NCBI RefSeq assembly: GCF_001447785.1
Contig: NW_015172563.1
Span: 800,150-864,149 of the forward strand
Direction: 5' to 3'
DNA length: 64,000 nt
Source: Gekko japonicus
Lineage: Eukaryota
In this document: in pieces, positions 57,870 to 64,000 of the stretch
How positions within the stretch are numbered: position 1 is the stretch's first letter
How the letters are laid out: every line of letters starts with the position of its first letter
Made by a program: the position numbers and the translations under genes
Notes under the pieces: model-generated
What the model saw: only the letters and a program-made list of their open reading frames with translations
The model's database searches: none
What the model was told of the DNA's origin: nothing

Positions 57870-59350
57870 GTGTGTTTGTTAAGTGCCATCAAATTGCTTC
57901 TGACTTACGGCGATCTTATGAATGATTGACCTCCAAAACATCTTATCATTAACAGCCTTGCTTAAGTCTTGCAAACTGAGGGCTGTGGCTTCCTTGATTA
58001 AGTCAATCCATCTCACGTTGGGTCTTCCTCTTTTCCTTCCCTGCTGCTTTTCCTAACATTAGTGTCTTTTCCAGTAAGTCTTATCTTCTCATAATGTGTA
58101 CAATAGCCTCAGCTGGTTCATTTTAGCTTCTAGGGAGAGTTCAAGCTTAATTTTATCTAGAACACACTTATCTGTCATTTTGCAGTCCACAGTATCCTTA
58201 AAACTCTCCTCCAACACCACACTGCAAATGAATCAACTTTCTTCCCATCAGCTTTCTTCATTATCCAGCTTTCTCACCCATACATAGTAATGGGGAATAT
58301 TAGAGTATGAATTATCATGATCTCCAGTGACACATCTGTACGTTTAAGGTCTTTTCTAGCTTCTTCATGGCTGCCCTTCCTGTCTCAATCTCCCTTTTGG
58401 TTGATGACTGAGCCAAGGAATAGAATATCGTTTAACAATTTCATTTCTCCATTGTCAACCTTAAAGTAGTCATTACTTTTGTCTTCTTGATGTTCAACTG
58501 TAAACCTGCTCTGGCACCTTCTGCTTTACCATTCATCAGAAGTCATTTCAATTCTTCACTGTTTTCTGCCAGTAATGTGATATCATCTGTATATCTCAAA
58601 TGGTTCCTTCCACCAATTTTTACCCCATCTTCATCTAAATCTAATTCAGGGCTCCTTACAATATATTCTACATACAGATTAAAGAGACTGGGAGATAAAA
58701 TGCATCCTTGTCTGACCGCTTTGCCAACTGGAAACCATTTTATCCTAACAGTAGCCTCTTGTCCAGAGTACATCTTGCACATCAAAACAACCAGATGTTG
58801 TGGCACACCTATTTCTTTTCAAACCAACCATAGCTTTTCATGATTCACAGTCTCAAATGCTTCACTGTAATCTATGATATACATGCTGATTTTCTTCTGA
58901 AATTCTCTTGTCTACTCCAGTAACCAACATATATTTGCAGTATGGTCACAAGTGCTTCTTCCCTTTTCTAAATCCAGTTGGAACATCTGTCATTTCTCAT
59001 TCCACATATTGTAACAGTCTTTGCTCTAACATTTTGATCACTTTACTTGCATGAGAAATTAATCCAATGGTCCGATGGTGCTACTCATACATCCTCTGCT
59101 CTTCCCCAGTAGCTGACTGAGTGTCATCCAACTAGAGGCGCTCCTGTCTTCCAGCACTGTATTTTTTGGGGGGGGATTGTCTCACCCAAGTGTCACTTCT
59201 GCTTTCTATGATAGATCCTCTGCCATTGTTATCTTCCAGTACTGCTGCCGCCCAGGAGTTGCCTTTCAAGGATTCCTCTGTCCCATCACTACTGAAACTG
59301 TCCATTCTCGTCTGCTGATGTGGCCACTGATTCCTGAAGGGGGTGGATAC
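57870..59350 (-). mobile_element. Degraded RTE/BovB-like LINE
   Basis: VRQGCILSPSLFNLY...LRYTDDITLLAE RT motifs in 58543-58806; boundaries approximate. Confidence 0.75.
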
Positions 59351-62300
59351 ATCTTAGTCTGGCATTAACTGCTGGCTGTTTATATTAATTTACCCACAAT
59401 ACTGTTTTTCAGGAGCAGTACATACTGAATAGTTATTCTAGGCAGACATTTTGTGTTGACCTGTATGCAAATATACCAAGCCCTGCGTACTTTGTTTGGG
59501 CACCATCATATGAGCACTTCCAGGCTGATACTTAATTACCTGTTTGAAATTTGAGCATACAAATTTGCAGAAAAATTACAAAAAATACCCAATCTGACAC
59601 ATCCAGCATAACAGCACTCCTCCCGCCAGGAACATCTCAATCCAGCCACTGATTCCATGTGGAATCAGATCTTGCCTAAACACCATATGTGTTTCAGCAT
59701 GTGACATCCAAGTCCAAGAACTTCTTATATTAAATATATTAAAGCAGGACAGATACATTTGTTTGAGTAAGAATGACCAGACATGTCCTGTATCGACTGA
59801 TTTAAAAGCCGATGGTAACAGGAAGATTAGTTAGATTGAAACTTTTATGGAAGAAGCTTTTGCTTGTTCATATGTAAACAGCTGATGAGAATGGGAGGGG
59901 AAATGTTCAACAATGGACCCCCCTCTCTTCTAAGCAATGAATATGGGTCTTCAGTGCTTGGAAGAAATGAAGGGGGTGTCTTGAAATTTCTGTGAAATCA
60001 TACATCTCCAGAACCTTTTAAAACTACGATGTTCCAAATGCATTTGAGACAAATGTACAGCCTGAACAGATGATGTGCAGAATCATTCTCTTTACTGAAA
60101 AACATATCTATCCTAAGGAGCCATCTTCCAATCTGGAAAATGGAGGCGTTGGAAAGGAAGCATCATTCAGTGCAGACAGGATAGGAAAGTGGTCATTACT
60201 GTGAGCTGAATACTGAACGCAGATACTAATAGGGGAGAATGTCCTCTGAAGAGTTCCTTAAAGAGCAATTTTTCTGAGATTCCAGGGGAGGAAGAAGGAG
60301 GTAGCAAGAACAACATAGAGAGAGAATGAATGGTAGAATATAATGAAGGGGAAAAATGTTTCTCCTGACAGCATGGTTAAACATAAAAATGATTTGTGTC
60401 TACTAGCAAACTGTGTCTCCAGTCACCATCTACTCAAAATAAAACCAAGATATAGATATCCCTAAGCAAATGCAAAGTCAAACACAAACATCAGGTGACA
60501 AGTAGGTATGCCCCAGGGGTAGACTGGTACAATTCTGATCCCCCACCATGGGGGATTATAGTTTTAAAGTTTGTTTCTACTGAATTATTTGTGAACCACA
60601 CATGACATCCAATTAGTGCGTGGGAGCTATAACCAGTTGTTCCAGTGGAAAGCTATGGTTTAAAGTAGCTAGACAGCACATTTCTGAACAGATTAATCTA
60701 AATTCAAAAGAATTTACATAATTTGAATACTAATTCGCAGCATCAGCCTTGAATTCCCACCAAGCAATGTCACACACAATCCTCTCATGCTTTTTCACCA
60801 ACAAATGAACAGAAATTCCACAGACTGTTGTTGTTATGGCAGCACACCTACAATTCATAGTCTGTCAGCATTTCCATTAAAAACCAATAATTTCAAAGTT
60901 TTGTTACTTGGCCATAAAAGTTTGCTTTGGGTTGAAACAGTAATCATGGTCAGCATTATGGTTAAACTGGAAATAATGTTGCAATTATTTGAAATTAATA
61001 TTATCTAGGATACCGTTTAATTACACATAAGTTATTTATACCCGTCAATGATTTGAGGATAATGAATGCGATAAAGCTCTTCACTATATTTACTGAAGGA
61101 TATAATATAAGGCTTACTTTTCAGCAGTGCTTTAATAATTTATTACAGCAGTTGTTGGAAGAAGATCTTTGGTGGTCATTTACCTTTATATTTTCAGTAA
61201 AACTATTAGTATTGTTTTGTTCTGCTTTTCATGTAAATGGCCACATAACAGGACACAATACATACTTGTTTGTATAAAATGGCCAAACTGTTTGTATTTA
61301 TTATTTAATAATGCTTTTAAAAAACTGGAAATATTTCACAAATCTTGTTCTGTCACCTTACATATAGACAGTTTTTACTATATTTACAGAACAATATTAA
61401 AAGTTTCTTTTAAATTTAATTTCATAAAACTTTTGACAATTTTCTCAAAAAAATATTTATTCTTCCTTCACAGACAGTAATAGGTTGGGAGGCTCAAACT
61501 AAATGTAAAGCAGCAGGCTACAGAATGTTTTAAATTCAGAACAGCAAGTTGTATCTCATCAGCTTCTTCATCTCACACAATTCTCATCCTTACTAGAGCT
61601 CCTCTCGCACATGCGGCTATTCCCATGATCCCCAGCACATCCTTCTAGGGTGGTCAGAGGGAATCCCTTCTTCCTCTTTCAGCAACGTAAAGGTAGGCTA
61701 TATCTAAGCCAGCCATTTTGCTAAATACCCCATGCAGAACTTGCATTCCTTGATAGAACGGATATAAATCTCCCATTCTCCATTAACAGACTGGTGTGGT
61801 GTTTCCACATGTTTCAAGAGAAGCCTCATGGTGAATTATCTGCCTGTTAAGAAGGAGCGGTCTGTTAATTTGATATGCTTTGCAGGATGTTTTTTTTAAA
61901 AATCACTACAGCCACTCTGTTGCATAGTAGAACTATTACTCCTGTTTATCAGATGAGATGAGAAGCAGAAGACAGTAGCCTTTTCAGACAAGCTTGCACA
62001 CATTTGAATCCAGCCATTCCAGTCTGAGGTTCAATTTAGATTTAAAAAGCAAAGTTTGTTTGCTATATATAAAGCATTTTTTGCAGCACTAAATAACATA
62101 AAACTGAAAGGGAGATATTTATTTGCAAACACTGGCAGACATTCAGGGAACAAGGGGTGCACAGTTCCTCATCATACTCTATGACAGTCAGTAAAAACAG
62201 GTGTGCTATGGCAGTACAGTATGAATCAGTCTTTAATCCAGCAACATATCCTGTTTTCATAACGGAGTCCTATTACATACACCTCAGTGAAAACAAAACT

Positions 62301-63390
62301 GTGTGTGTGATCCAAAGATGGTAGGTTTCTTCATATACTACAATGGAAACGCTCTGAACAACCAAAGGGTGAACGTGCAGAACAGTCTCTATCACTAAAG
62401 TGAATGTGAAATCCCTTACAGCTAGGGAAACTTGATGTTCACACTGTAGGATCTACACCAAGAGTTCATTAAATTAGGGCAGTTATACAGTAATAATTTA
62501 ATGAAGGTGTACATACTGTGCACTGAAAACTGGTTTTCCTGCTGCTGGGAAAGAATTATTTTTACTCACAGAGAGTCTACCTCAAGGAGGCCACAGTAAG
62601 AATCCCAGTGTATTTCAGCTCAAGGCCTTAAAATGTACCCAAACACTTAGAAAGTATCAGCAGTGCAGATTATTTTACAATTTAATCTTATTAGTGGCAA
62701 ATAATGAAAGCAGACACTTCTCTCTGTCTCTAATATATATCCATCTCTTTGCAAAGGCAACATGTGTAAGGGTTTAAAAATTGTGGAAATATAGATATAA
62801 GTGGGTTTTTTTAATGCATCAACCAAAGTATTAGCATCAAGCAAATGTTATGGTCAAGGTACAAATCCCTGAAATGAGAGTTTTTAATAAATGAAAACAC
62901 TGACACAACCTTCACTATAGTATTGCAAACATCAACGCTATTTTACTTTGCTTAAATATCACCTAAGACTACAACAAGCCAATAATTAATTATAGAAACA
63001 TACAAATGAGGATAACAAATTAGTTGTAAATGTAATCTTTCCTTCTTCTCTTTCAGCCCATTTGAAGACACTTGAAAGGGAACTGGAGGCTAAGAATAAT
63101 CATTCCGTCACAGGTTTATAAATCTTAAGCATTCTTTCAGTGGGAAAACTCATTTTCATACAAACAAATAATTTAAGGCAAGAAACGGTCGGAATAAAAA
63201 CAGCTATGGCAAGTTGGTAGGTCAGGCAAGCAATGGGTCACTCAAGCCAATTATTGAACTGATTCTTTTTAAATTGAGAAGCATTCTTATAACCTCAGAA
63301 TTTTAATAGGAAGTTGACCTTAACTTAGCACGTGATGGTCCCACCAATTTCAAGCCCTGGCCAGACGTGTATTCTCGAACTGGAATCAGT

Positions 63391-63579
63391 NNNNNNNNNN
63401 NNNNNNNNNNNNNNNNNNNNNNNNNNNNNNNNNNNNNNNNNNNNNNNNNNNNNNNNNNNNNNNNNNNNNNNNNNNNNNNNNNNNNNNNNNNNNNNNNNNN
63501 NNNNNNNNNNNNNNNNNNNNNNNNNNNNNNNNNNNNNNNNNNNNNNNNNNNNNNNNNNNNNNNNNNNNNNNNNNNNNNN
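63391..63579. other. Assembly gap
   Basis: N run. Confidence 1.
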
Positions 63580-64000
63580 AGACCAGGCCCTCCCACTTGG
63601 TAAGGCAAAAAACCCCAAAAAACCTTTATTAAACCAATCATTACCACTTAAGGTAATGAAAACATGCCAAGGCATTTAACACAAAAGTTCTAAAGGTCAC
63701 TGATCTAAACAATTCATCTATCACTATTATGGCCTCCCTTCACAAAAAAGAAAACACTATGTCTATTGTAGTTAATATCTGTCTAGGGTATATTTGAGGC
63801 TGGCCTTATAGAGAAAAAAAGCAATGCCAAAATATCATTCTTTTTTTTAAAAAATCTCTATTTTTCAATTTAGACATCTTTAATGCAATATGTAAATGAT
63901 AGGAAAAATAGTGCCCAATTAACCTATATTGGGGGGGGGGGAATCATGATCTGATCCTCAACTGTTTTGCTTAGTTAGCTACAGCAAAGAAAAAGAGAAA

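Noticed and set aside
51731-64000. Upstream MED23 exons and the alternative TLNIAQ micro-exon
   Set aside because: No convincing match found by eye; they presumably lie beyond the window, in the gap, or were missed.

Overview
Vertebrate nuclear DNA, almost certainly a squamate reptile and probably a gecko, judging by its repeats (Squam3-like and Sauria-like SINEs, BovB/RTE, CR1, hAT MITEs). There are three N gaps. The main gene is MED23 (Mediator subunit 23) on the minus strand: 19 coding exons from 51730 down to the TAA at 22006 can be traced with phase-consistent splice sites, giving 1075 aa; the N-terminal ~290 aa lie beyond the right end of the window. One MED23 intron (28822-30666) is a minor-spliceosome AT-AC (U12) intron. 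Convergent with MED23, where mammals have ARG1, there are decayed remnants of arginase-1 exons 2 and 8 with broken splice sites and loss of the Glu277 codon, i.e. a probable unitary ARG1 pseudogene. Four full-length 1.5-1.9 kb retroposed elements flanked by target-site duplications (TSDs) have no ORF2; three carry only an L1-type ORF1 (HAL1-like) and the fourth a decayed ORF. All four carry a GTGAGT splice-donor motif 310-319 nt from their 5' end, and three have a 3' terminal hairpin after AATAAA. Other repeats: CR1 copies, a DIRS fragment, two solo LTRs, a non-autonomous Helitron, hAT MITEs, and L2, RTE and Penelope-like remnants. Homology calls come from recalled protein sequences and by-eye alignment, not database searches.
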